Assembly: GCA_963664195.1 (NCBI GenBank)
Contig: OY760907.1
Location: forward strand, 256,001 to 320,000
Origin: an uncultured candidate division Zixibacteria bacterium
GTDB lineage: Bacteria > Zixibacteria > MSB-5A5 > GN15 > FEB-12
Direction of reading: 5' to 3'
Length of the DNA: 64,000 bases
In this document: in pieces, positions 41,345 to 53,600 of the stretch
How positions within the stretch are numbered: position 1 is the first letter of the stretch
Layout of the letters: the number at the start of each line of letters is the position of its first letter
Translations under genes and position numbers: made by a program
The notes under the pieces: model-generated
What the model saw: only the letters and a program-made list of their open reading frames with translations
Database searches by the model: none
Told to the model about the DNA's origin: nothing

Positions 41345-44300
41345 CTTGAAAGTTGCTGGAAGGTCGTCGCCGTCGACTAGGGAATCGTCGCACCTTGGCA
41401 ACAGATAGGCTCATACCCCACTTTAGGATCGATTACGTACTCCACTAGCATCACGATATCAGCGACGTTCACGCAGCCGTCGCCGTTGATATCACCGTTC
41501 TCCGTAATTGGAAGAATGACTACGGACCCGGTCGGATCGTAGAAGTAGTATTCTACCAACAGGTTAACGTCCGCGATATCGACTCGTCCATCGTCGTTCA
41601 CGTCACCGCACGGAAGGTTCTGAATGAAAACGCGATAGTCCTCTACTTCCCCATAATTGATGACGCCGCAGGGACCGGCGGGATAGCCCTCCGTCAAGCG
41701 GACACGAAGAGTTGTAGGTCCGATAATCGCATCCATCGGGCAGGAAATCGTCGACGTGAATGGACCACTGGCACTTGGGTTTCCGACAATGTCCAACCAC
41801 TCGTCGGGATGTTCGAATTCATAATCTGCGTCCCAATCGATAAACGCCGTTACGTTGTCCCAAAGCGAACCACTTGTGCTCTCGACCGTCAACTGGTAGC
41901 CGTTGCCTCCTCTGTACATGACGGTTGAGTGGTTTTCTGTGTAATCTGTGTAGTCGTTTCCATAAGAGCTATTATCGATAGAACCGAGTTCCACGCGAGA
42001 GATGTACTGGTGGGAGCTATTGGAACCGGATTCACAATACGGAAGACAAATTTCGCCTCTCACGGTTATGGCGTACTGACCGTTGGCATTGGAGTAGTCC
42101 CAGAGCACCGGGTGATAATACGTACCAGCCGGTATCTCCTCAAAGGTCAAAGTAATGTTGTCATCGCCGCACGCATCCCAGCTATAGTCTTCGTACCACA
42201 CAAGCGTGGACTGGTCGAGGTTGCACGGACACGCAGCCTCCATAATAACGTACACGTCACCAAATGCAGGAACAGTACCACAGTAGTTGAGCTCAATGTT
42301 CATACATGTATCAATTCTGAAAGCTTCCCATACACACCTATCGAACATGGCCGCACAATCGCTGGCAGTGGCTCCTACTGTAGTACCGGTGAAAGTAATC
42401 GGAAAGCCCTCTTCCAAAAACGGAAGCTTGCCGCCATAGTAGGTCTCGAGATCCGCGCAGTTGTCGTTGTCCGGAGGAATTCCGCAGCCTGCGCACTCCA
42501 CGTTGACAACAAATTCGCCTTGCTGGCCGCCATATCCGCCAATACGAATGAGAAACTCGGTGCCGGTCGTCACTCCAGTTGTCGTCGCTCGAGACCGCCA
42601 GCCACTGAGACCGCATTCGTCGTCAGCTACAGCAATTAGACTCATTGCGGAACAGTCAAAACCCGGAGCTAGGTAGACAGCCATCTTGGTGTCCAGATCA
42701 CTGTCACAAAGATCGAACGTCAGACAGCCGCCGCCACTCCCTTCACAAGTGGCCGTGTACTTGAACCAGACATCGGACATGACTGAATCGTCTTCGTGGG
42801 TAGCCCCCTCATTGCTGAACACACCATTGAAACCATCAAATACCTCAATGGCATCGACACACAAATCGCCAGCCGGATCCGGGCACATTGTCTCAGTAAT
42901 AGTCAAATCGAATTCCGGAAGACAATCTGGGGGCGGCCACGTGTCTATCATCACATAGTAAGTACCCGCGGTCAAGGACACACCTCCCACCGTATACGGC
43001 TGTGAACTTGAACTGCTACCAATACCGTCAATCAAGTAGACACTAACATCGGGGCATTCGGAGAAGATCGCACAACCGGTCCAAGCCTGCCCCAAAGGAT
43101 CCACATTGATGTCCACGCACACATCGGTCGTGATGACTAGTTCGTAGATGATATCCTCACCGTTATCATACCATCCCATCTCAGTGCCAGAGTAGTCATC
43201 ACCAAAACCACATGTTGTTTGCCCAATATCTTGGAAGAAACCGGTGAAGCCTATCACAATAGGATAGTCGCAGTTCGTCCCCGGCTCAGTCGATTCAACC
43301 GGATTAGAGAATACTTCAAGTTCTCCATAGCCAACGTTCGGGCTGTATCCACCACACTGAACGAGATAGGTGTTGCCGGCTACTACAGCAATCGTTTCTT
43401 CAGATGTCGATGATTTTGCGCAACCATCATCGTCATATCCGAGTTCGTTGATTGGCTCACAAGTGCAGCCATCCCAAATAGCAATCTTGGTATCGAAGGC
43501 GGACCCGCACAACGAAAACGTTGCTTCACCGTCCAAGGGAGCCGTATAGCAGTAGAACAAGTCTTTGAGGATACCGTGTGTTCCAACGCCAGAAGTTGTT
43601 GCCGACCAGTTATTAAACGTGTATGTCCCATCACCAATGGCCGTGGCATCGACACATTCGTCGTTGAGCGGTACGGGGATCGGGGGCACCGCATCGCACT
43701 CAATGCCGATATGGTAGTAGTACGGGCCTGCAGCGCACGGTGCACTGTCGAACCCCACTCCTCCTATAACAAAAAGGTAATCGCCAGGCGCAAGATTGGC
43801 AACGAGTGTGTCTTCAGCACAAGGGTTCAACTCGGCATGGTCCACTAGGTTGGGACCACCAACAGCGTCACAGTCGTTCACAGTGACATCCCATATGGTC
43901 AGATTGACCGCAAAGTCAGCGGCTCCAAAAAACGCAACCTGTGTATCGGCGTCGAATGTGTGCCAGTAGTAGTCCATATCGCGCGAGCCATTTGCCATCC
44001 AAAGAGTGCCCGACCGGATATCTCCGCAATTGATCGTACCGAAAGCGTGTGGTACTTCGTTGCATCCGCCGTTGATATCTGGTCTGTCACCACAATCGTC
44101 TCCTTCGGAGACTGCACCCTGCGGGATAGCTATGCCACATGGTTCCAGAGGAGGCACCTCGTGAATGGTCATATCATACGCACCGAAATCGCCCTCGTAA
44201 CCGTCAACAACGACATAGTAAGTTAGACCTGCGGCCATCACGACAGACGTCAAATGCGACTGATATCCTGGACCTCCGCAGCCGTCGTCGTCACACGCGA

Positions 44301-45123
44301 TAGGCATCGATTCATTCGACTTGAAGACGAAGACCTTCGTGTCGTAGCTTGAGGCGCAGAGATCAATATCCACAATCACATCTGAAAGGGGAGCAAACCT
44401 ATAGACAACATCCGGGCTCGTGCTTACTCCGTCACAAGCCACATCGTAGTCGTCAGTGAAACCACTGGTGCTACCAATCACATTGGCAGGCAAAGAGCCG
44501 ATTATGAAAGGATTATCAATAGCATCACCTGTTGCTCCTCCGAATAGCACAATGTGTATGAGGACGGACTTGAGTTGACACTTGCATAAAAGGCGAGTGG
44601 TCATTTACCTCTGAGATAACAACAAAACAGGAGGTTATAATGACCACTCAACAGAAGCTCGTCCAGAAGAAACTCAGTCTTCTGGAACTGGGGGAATATC
44701 TTCAGAACGTATCCGAAGCCTGCCGCATTCACGGCTGCTCCCGCCAGCATTTCTACGATATCAAGACAGCTTACGAGAGTCAAGGATTGGATGGTTTGAA
44801 GGAGAAGACCCGTCGGAAGCCTTGTCTGAAGAACCGGGTGGCTCCGGAGATTGAAGAAGCAGTGTTGCAGATGGCTTTGGAGCAGCCGGCCGCCGGGCAG
44901 ATGCGGGCGTCCAATGAGTTGCGGAAACAGGGTGTTTTGATCTCGTCGGGTGGGATTCGCTCGATCTGGCTTCGTCACGGTCTGGAGACATTCAAGAAGC
45001 GTCTGAAGGCTTTGGAGGAGAAAGCGGCGAAGGAAGGAATGGTCTACACCGAGGAGCAACTCAGGGTGTTGGAATCGGCTCGTCGGGAACGGGAGACGGT
45101 TCCTGATGAGATCGAGACGCATC

Positions 45124-46441
45124 GGGCATGTAAGTATTTTTGTGTAAGCGGCCATGATGTATATTGGATTGAAGGAGGATACGCATGGCCAAGAAGCTCG
45201 ACAATGCAGACAAGCTTATCGATGAAATGATCGCCGGGAAGACGCCCGAGGAGATAGTCGGCGAGGGCGGTCTTCTCGAAGCGCTTACGAAACGCGTCTA
45301 CGAACGCGCCCTCGAAGGCGAGATGACGCACCATCTGGGCTACCCCCCCAAAGCCCCCGAGGGCCGCAACAGCGGCAACTCCCGCAACGGCAAGACCACC
45401 AAGACAGTTAAGACCGGGGCCGAGGATGTGAACTTAGCGATTCCCCGGGACCGCAACGGCCAGTTCGAGCCACAGCTGGTCAAAAAGCATCAGCGTCGCC
45501 TGCCGGGTTTCGACGACAAGGTACTGGCGCTGTATGCTCGTGGGCTTTCGACCCGTGATATCCAGGGTCATCTTGAGGAGATGTACGGATCGGCCGTGTC
45601 GCCGGCGTTGATATCGGCGGTGACGGACGCAGTTTTGGAGGAGGTGACGGCGTGGCAGAACCGTCCGTTGGAGCCGGTGTATCCGATCGTGTACCTTGAT
45701 GCCATCCACCTGAAGATGCGTCACAGCGGGCAGATCAAGAACCAGGCAGTGTATCTGGCTCTGGGGATCAACCGTGAGGGCGGCAAGGAGTTACTGGGGT
45801 TGTGGGTCGGCGAGCACGAGGGGGCCAAGTTCTGGTTGAACGTGCTGACCCAGTTGAAGAACCGTGGGGTGCAGGACATCCTGATTGCCTGTGTGGACGG
45901 TCTGAGCGGTTTCCCCGACGCGATCGAGGCGGCCTATCCGAAGGCGCAGGTGCAGTTGTGCATCGTGCACATGGTGCGCAACTCGCTGAAGTATGTCTCC
46001 TGGAAACAGCGCAAGGCGGTGGCCGCCGATCTCAAGAGTGTTTATTCGGCGCCCAACGTGGAGGCCGCCGAGGAGGCCCTGGCCGCGCTTGAGGCCCGGT
46101 ATGAGGACAGCTTCCCGCAAATCGCGCGCTCGTGGCGATCCTGCTGGGTGAACATCATTCCGTTTTTTGACTATCCGCCGGCGATTCGGAAAGTTATCTA
46201 TACGACTAATGCGATTGAATCGATGAACGCTCAGCTGCGGAAAGTTACGAGAAATCGCGGCTCGTTTCCGACCGCCGACTCGGTGAGGAAGGTGCTGTAT
46301 TTGGCGATACAGAGAATCTCGATGAAGTGGAAACGACCGATCAAAGACTGGGTGGCGGCACTCAACCACTTCAGCATCATGTTTGAGGGAAGAATCTGAC
46401 AACCGTGAAAAGGCTGCTTACACAAAATTCTGTACAGACCC
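45124..46441 (+). mobile_element. IS256-family element
   Basis: IRs GGGCATGTAAGTATTTTTGTGTAAGC / GGGTCTGTACAGAATTTTGTGTAAGC; 9-bp TSD agacgcatc (45115-45123 and 46442-46450). Confidence 0.95.
45185..46399 (+). CDS. IS256-family (mutator) transposase
   Basis: NSRNG, IPRDRNG, VYLDA, CVDGL, QLCIVH, YTTNAIES. Confidence 0.96.
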   Translation: MAKKLDNADKLIDEMIAGKTPEEIVGEGGLLEALTKRVYERALEGEMTHHLGYPPKAPEGRNSGNSRNGKTTKTVKTGAEDVNLAIPRDRNGQFEPQLVKKHQRRLPGFDDKVLALYARGLSTRDIQGHLEEMYGSAVSPALISAVTDAVLEEVTAWQNRPLEPVYPIVYLDAIHLKMRHSGQIKNQAVYLALGINREGGKELLGLWVGEHEGAKFWLNVLTQLKNRGVQDILIACVDGLSGFPDAIEAAYPKAQVQLCIVHMVRNSLKYVSWKQRKAVAADLKSVYSAPNVEAAEEALAALEARYEDSFPQIARSWRSCWVNIIPFFDYPPAIRKVIYTTNAIESMNAQLRKVTRNRGSFPTADSVRKVLYLAIQRISMKWKRPIKDWVAALNHFSIMFEGRI

Positions 46442-47697
46442 AGACGCATCATCCGGGCTATCTGGTGGCCCAGGACACGTTCTATGTGGGGTATCTCAAA
46501 GGGGTTGGCCGCATCTACCAGCAGACGGTGATTGACACGTATTCGGCTGTTGCTTTCGCCAAGCTGTACACGGCCAAGGTCCCGCTGACGGCCGCTGATA
46601 CGCTCAATGATCGCGTGGTGCCGTTCTTCGAAGAGCAGGGCGTGGATATCCTGCGCATCCTGACAGATCGCGGCACCGAGTACTGCGGCCGTCTTGACAA
46701 ACATCCTTATCAACTCTATCTTCAGCTTCACGAGATCGAGCACACTCGGACGAAGGCGCGACATCCACAGACCAACGGCATCTGCGAGCGGTTCCACAAG
46801 ACGGTTCTTAATGAGTTTTACAAGACGATCTTTCGCAAACGGATATTCACTGCTGTGGCGGAATTGCAGGTTGAGTTGGATGACTGGATGGATCGATACA
46901 ACCGGGATCGCACGCACCAGGGGAAACGGTGTCAAGGTCGCACGCCGATGGCGACCTTCGTTGACGGTCTGGAGTTGGCCAGAAAGGCAAATCTGACGGT
47001 AGAAGAAAAACCGGCAGCTTAACAGAAACCTCTCAGAGGTGGATGACTGTCAAATCAAGTATCGTTCAGTACACACAATGTTACCGGGACCGCTAGATGG
47101 TTCCTTCTCGTATCTTGGGCTGGAATTGATCCACAACTGCTCTTCTTTGTTCAACACAATGCGCTGAATCTCCGCAAATGGGCTGCTCTCCCCCGGTGAT
47201 ATCGCCGGCTTCTCTGCCGGCAGGAGACACGGCGCAGTAGCAGTAAGGCTGCCGTCACCTCCAAGGGCTTCCCGCAGCTTGCCTTGTTCAGCCGCAGCCT
47301 TGGCGGTCAAGGCCAAGCAACAGAAGACGAGAGCACATATCTGAAGAACTGGCAATCGCAAGCTCATTCTATGACAGGTCATTGTTTCTCCTCGCTGTAA
47401 TCATTACCACAGTGACATCCAACTTCAGGGCCCAAACACCGGATATAAGCAGACGTCAAACCGTCCACTACATGCGAGAACTCTCCGATCTTTGTGAACC
47501 GCCAATGGCAGGTACAGCCTGATATGACAAGCAAACCCGAGCAACTGCCCCCGAGCACATCAGTGACGCCGACACTCGATAGAGCGGGTGATTCGAACGC
47601 CCTGTTATGCTTATGATATATAGTACAATTAGTCCAATCTGTCAACGGTACGACGTTAGTGTCGGCTGATCCGACATCTCAGTGACGGCCGGTTGAT

Positions 47698-50600
47698 TCA
47701 GTGCCTACTCTGAGGTCTTTCGCGCTCTTGTTTGCCTCCCGATTGTGTAGTCGCCTTTGGCGCCTCACACCCCGGCGTCGTCAACGGATTCAACGAGATA
47801 AACAAGTGGTCGATAAGAATTGTCAAGTCTCCCATTGTGACGGTGCAGTCGCCATCGAGGTCGCCTGTAATCATCGGATCAAGGGGCGTCAGGCTAATGA
47901 ATAGGTGATCGATCATCAACGTAAGATCGCCCATCGATGACATGTGGTCATAGTCCATGTCGCCGAGGGTCCAAGTCCACCACCCAGCCACGGACGACAC
48001 TGACTCCAACGACGTTTGATCGTGAGCCGTCACCCGCCACCAGTACTGCTCATGGAACTCGAGCGAATCATCCGGTGTGTATCGGTTCTCTGCCAGCGAG
48101 TCAACTGTCATCACAAACGAGAAGTTCGAGTCTATCGCCAGCTCGACCTTGTACAGAACCGTGTCGCCTGGATCGGGATCAGGGCACCAACTCCAAAAGA
48201 ACTCGGGGCGCATGTCGTACAGGATGCCATTTGACTGATCGACGGGCGAAATCAGAACAGGTGTGGCAGGAGCCTCGGGAGTTCCGCTGATATTGAAGCA
48301 CTCGTAATCGGACCACTCACCGTACTCGTATCCGTCGAACGCTCTTGCCCTCCAGCAATAGAAGCAGTTCTCAGCTGTCGTGAGGTCAACGAGCAATCCC
48401 GTAGAATCCGGTGTCTCTGGATAGTCTTGTACATCAATCGGAGGACCGAACACGCAGTCGGTGTCATGATAGGCTATGAAGTCGTATGTGAGCGTGTCCA
48501 ACTCAGCGTCAAGTGCGTTCTGAAGCCAAAGCGTCACCATGCCATCCGTCACTGCCCAACCTGCCGGAGACGAGGGCGTCGGAACGCTCGGGACCGAGTT
48601 CATACGGAATGAAATCTCATACCACTCAGACCATGCCGCGTCGTTGCTCACTCGAAGCCGCGCCCAGTAGGTCACGCCGTCCACAAGATCACTCCCACCG
48701 TAGACGACAAACGTATCCGAGCTCACGAACGGAGCCGGGTTCCACATCTCAGCGTAGGTCCAATCGTCATCAGTGCCGACAGCAATCTCGAACTCAGCCT
48801 GGGGCAAACCAAGCGAATCAGTCCAACTCCAGAAGATCAGCGGATCGTCGGACAGCACGTGTTGATTGTCCCCAACCGTGTCGACAGTGATTACCTCGAC
48901 TACTGGCGCACTGCATCCAACATCAAACGCTCCTATCAGAACGCCGCACGAATTGTTGTCCGCAGCACAAGGTGACGTGTTGTACAGAGAGTAGCCACCT
49001 GCAGCCCTGTCGCAGAAAAGTGGATCGAGTGAGATGTTTCCATTTGCACCCGCGTAGTCGGCGATTTGTCCAACGTAATCGCCAGCTTCATTGCCAAAGA
49101 CATCGCAACACGCAAGGGAAAGCCCGGTCGGTGAGTCTTCGGGGTCGCCAAACTCTACGGGATCTCCGCCCCTATTGAAGGCAATTAGACAGTTCTCCAG
49201 TGATAGAGTGCTCGGCTCATTGAACCAATGATGAATCACAGAGTTTGTGTTAGATTGATTGCGAACGAAAGTGCAGTTGGTGAACGAAAGATCAGCTGGA
49301 TCGCTCCAGATATCAAGGGCTGAACCTGAGTTCGCCCAGAAATGACACCCGTCGAAAGTCACTCCGAGTTCCTCGCCCTCCTGTACGAAAGCCGCCCCCA
49401 AAGCATTGCCACGGAAGACGCAGGAAGAGAGAGAGCACTCACCATCCTGATAATGGGCTCTCAGACCTGCTCCCGAGTTGCCTTCGAAAGCACAGCCAAG
49501 AAAGTGAACAGGACCTATTCCCCCAGAGAGCTCCACGCCCTCACTGGAATTGCTGGAAAACGAGCAACTCGTAAACAGTACGGAATCACAGTAATCCAGT
49601 TCGACCCCGGACTGCTCGTTGTTTTCGAATCGACACTCGTGGGCAATAATGTCAGTCGCGCCGAGTCCGAAAAGACCAATTCCATTGTTGGCTATAAATC
49701 CCGTACCGGTAATAGTAGTCTCTCCGTCATAGCCAGAGAACAACACCCAACCTGTGTTTTCTTCGAATTCGCAACTATCCACAGTCGAATATGCAGATTC
49801 AAGGTACACCGCCGCTCCGTGCCCGGCTTCGTTATCTTGAAACACACAGTTCGAAATAGCCATAGTACACGTGACACACAACAGACCACCGCCTGCTCCA
49901 CTATTAGACTCGATTCCTTCAGCTTCTGAGCCCCAACCGTTGACAATAGTCAAACCCCGCAGGGACACGGTATTGGTTGAGTCACCTCGGATGTCAAACC
50001 CTCGATGCGGATTCAGACTGTCACCCTGACAATCGATAATCGTGCTTTCGGGACCGCTCTCACTCACTACGGCCAGGCTCATGTCGTACACCACGATATC
50101 CCGATTGCCTACGCCAATGTACGTGCCGTCTTGGATGAGCACAGTGTCGCCGTCAATAGCCATGTCCACAGCATATTGGATGGTTGCGAAAGGAGCGACG
50201 TCGCTTCCGTCTCCCTCGAGATCGTCCCCAGCCACCGCGACATGCCACACAGGGCCACAATAGGATGTGCAAGCGGTGTCCAAAGCGCCGATTAGCACTC
50301 CGCATTCATTCCGATCCGGAGCGCAAGGAGAGCATGAACTAATGTGATAGTCACCCGCGGCCGTGTCGCAGAAAAGCGGGTCGAGAGAAATGTTGCCGTT
50401 TGTGCCGACCTGATCTGGCATAAGGTTGTAGTTGCCACCTACGTTGTCAAAAACATCGCAACACGACACTAGGATATCGGAACTGAGCGTATCGCACAGA
50501 ACTCCATATCCAGCATTGTAGGCAATGAGCGATCTGGTGATAGTCATTTGAAGCTCGTAGAAATCAGCAATGCTTATCCCGTGGCCAGCATTCCCTACGA

Positions 50601-53600
50601 TGGTTGCATCTTCGATGTCAAGTGACTCGTGACATCCCCCGTCGAAGGAAAAAGCGTTGCCCTGATTATCGGCAATCACCGTTCTCCTGATCACGACCTC
50701 GCCGTCACAGCAGGAAACACTCAATGCATCAGCACCGTTTCCAAGGATGGCACAGTCTTGAATCAGGACTGTTTGAAAGGCATTGTAGCCGATATTGACA
50801 CCGGACGTGTTGTTCTCATACCGAGTGTTCGTCATGGCCACATGGCACTCACCAGTAGTGATTCCGCCGTTGTCATGGATCCAGCAATCGCTCAATACAA
50901 GGCGGTCAGGCTCATAAACATCACCTCCAACGATGTAGGCAACAGTGTCACAACCAGTGATCTCACAGTCACTGAGGTCGAATCCCCAGACCGCTCTGGG
51001 AGGGTCCAACGTCTTCTTACCGCCCGTTCCTTCAAGTGCCATGTCCAAATTCTCAAACGTGCACCCCACTGCGCTCGCTGCTTCCCTCGTGCTCTTCACG
51101 ACCCCCCTAGCACCGTCACTTATGAGCGAGTTGGAAAGATCGCAGTTTCCATGAGCTGCTGTCCCATTGCCGGAGAAGTCACTGCTATCGACTGCTACAG
51201 AGCCACCGGAGGAAATAGCGAAAGTACCACAGGTGTTGTCGTTGAATGAACAAAACTTACATGCCACGACTCCGTCCAGTAGTTCAATACCTTTGGCATT
51301 GTTCAGCAGCGTACATGAATCTAGAGTCATGTAGCCGCCATCGTCCATCATGACACCAACGTCATTACCCTCGAAACTACACTGCACACAAGCGATTGTC
51401 CCACCGTATGCGTCGACTCCGATATTGTTGAAGCTGAACACCACTCCGCGAACAAATGGATTTCCGTTGCAGATTATGCCCTCATCGTTGTCTTCCAGCA
51501 CGAGATCGATAAGCAATGGGGAACTGAACAAGTAGACGCCCACCGGGGCGTTCCTGATCGTGAAGCCCTGAATAACCGTCAGTGTATCCTGCTCTTCCTC
51601 TATTACGTACCCCCTGGCAGACTGGTCTTCAACGTCAAGGATTGTGGCAGAGGAGCCGTTTTCCGAAAGGATGACAAGTCTCCGCGTTCCCAAGAGTATC
51701 TCTTGGTTGCCTTCGCCCGTGTATGTTCCATCATGCACGAGTACGGTATCACCATTGATTGAGGCATCGACAGCGTGTTGAATAGTGGCAAACGGAGCCG
51801 CCTCACTGCCATCGCCCGTCGAATCGCTTCCAGTTTCGGTAACATGCCACACAACTGAAATCGAATCACAGGCAACGCCGACAGCTCCTATCCTATAACC
51901 GCATTCGCTGTTTCCGGGAGCACATTGAGAGTTAGCAGCCAATCCGTAGTCGCCAACTGCCGTATCACAGAAACGGGGTGCTGCACGCAGATTGTCTCTG
52001 AGACTCAACTGGTCCTGAATACATCCTATCCAATCTCCCTCCTCGTTCCCGAACACATTGGAACAAGTAAGGGCGGGACTGCTTGCCGGATCGCTGACAT
52101 TGCACTCGATCGGTTCACCCACGAGATTGAACGCAATAATGGACTCCTGAATTGTCGGAGAGGAAGTATTGATGCAAGCAATCGCGCTCCCCATCGCAGA
52201 GCTGTTCCCAGCCATTGTGCATTGAAACAGCTCAGGAGAGGAACCGACGCAACTCATTGCCCCCCCGTAGGTCACTGCAGAGTTGTTACGGAAGACGCAC
52301 GATAACCAAAGTGATGAGGTATCGGACTCATACGTTGTCTGAACGGCACCGCCAACCTCGGCGGTGTTTTCCGCGAATTCCGCATGCCGGAACTGTGACT
52401 GACAGTTCTGATACATACTGACAGCCCCTCCTGCCTCTGCGGAGTTGTTCCAGAAAGCGCAACTATCAAGAGTCGGATGTGAGGAAAGGCAGACGAATAA
52501 TCCTCCGCCGTCATGATCAGTTGTATTGCTGTCAAAGACACATGACGAGAAACGCGGCGATGCCGTGAGGCAGTGTACACCACCACCACCACTGTAAGAG
52601 GCATTGTGCCCCGTACTATTGTCGACGAAGCGGCAGTCTCTGAACCATGGCGATGCGTTCACAATGTGGACCCCTCCACCACGAGAATCCGAATATCCTC
52701 CTCTGATGGTCAATCCGATAATGACAGTATTGGAATCCTCGTTTGAGTGGATGTAGAAGCCTCGGTGGTTCTCGACGGAGTCTCCGTCACAGTTGATAAC
52801 AGTGGAGTCAGTTCCACGCTCGGATAAGATTACCAGCGCCTTACCGGAGGGATCTAAGTCACGATTGCCGGGACCTGAGTATGTACCAGACATCACCAAG
52901 ATTGTATCGCCGTCAATAGAGACATCTATGGCGTGTTGAATCGTACCAAAAGGTGCGGCCTGACTGCCGTCCCCCGTGGTATCATTGCCTTCGGTGGCGA
53001 CGCGCCAGATCGGCCCGTAGTATCTAGCCGGGAGAGCCCCCATGTCGTTTCTGGAGCCGTCCGGATCGTTATAGATAGGATCCGGGTCGCCAGTATCGAT
53101 GCACGGAGACTCTCGAAGGAGTCTGACGTCATCTCCTGTCTGGTCAACGAACATCGGGTCCACCGAAATGTCACCAAGCCCAGGGGAAATCCCGTTGAGA
53201 TAGTCCGTGCCATTGTCCCAGATGTTGTTGTAGGCGTACGTTATGGTGCTGTTGTCAGCCTGGTAGAACCCATAATAGCCACAACCAGTCACTATATTGT
53301 TAGCTACTAAGGAGCTATCTCCGTAAACTGACAGTCCGGCATCTGTGTTGCCAGTCACCGTGTTGTTGACTACCTGTGCTGTTGATGAAGTGTCAACGTA
53401 GATCACGCCCCAGAGACTGTTGTTAGAGAAGACATTTCTGCGGATTGTGGCCGACCCCGTACTTACCACACAAACGGCGAATTGCGCCCCGTTAGGACCA
53501 TCTAGATAATGAAAGAAACATGAGTCGACAGAGACCTCTGCATTAGAGACCCCAATCGCAGAGGCGGAGCCTCGCATCGACCCCGTGAATGTAAGACCCT

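Larger units (their letters stand above)
44640..47022 (+). pseudogene. IS481 DDE transposase split by IS256
   Basis: N-part ...DEIETH and C-part HPGYLVAQDTFYVG...TDRGTEYC...NGICERFH rejoin in frame. Confidence 0.92.
44555..47073 (+). mobile_element. IS481-family element, interrupted by IS256
   Basis: 26-bp imperfect IRs TGTATGAGGACGGACTTGAGTTGACA / TGTACTGAACGATACTTGATTTGACA; 7-bp TSD cacaatg (44548-44554 and 47074-47080). Confidence 0.9.
41377..47382 (-). pseudogene. Large secreted Cys-rich protein (PPC-like repeats, GEVED, dockerin-like) disrupted by IS481
   Basis: 5' part 47074-47382 (signal peptide...GPGNIV) rejoins LFGGATGD in frame after removing the IS and one 7-bp TSD; YGEVEDY; GDVNDDG and GDINGDG. 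Confidence 0.85.

Noticed and set aside
44601..46935. Minus-strand ORFs of 184, 203 and 234 aa
   Set aside because: Antisense to IS transposases
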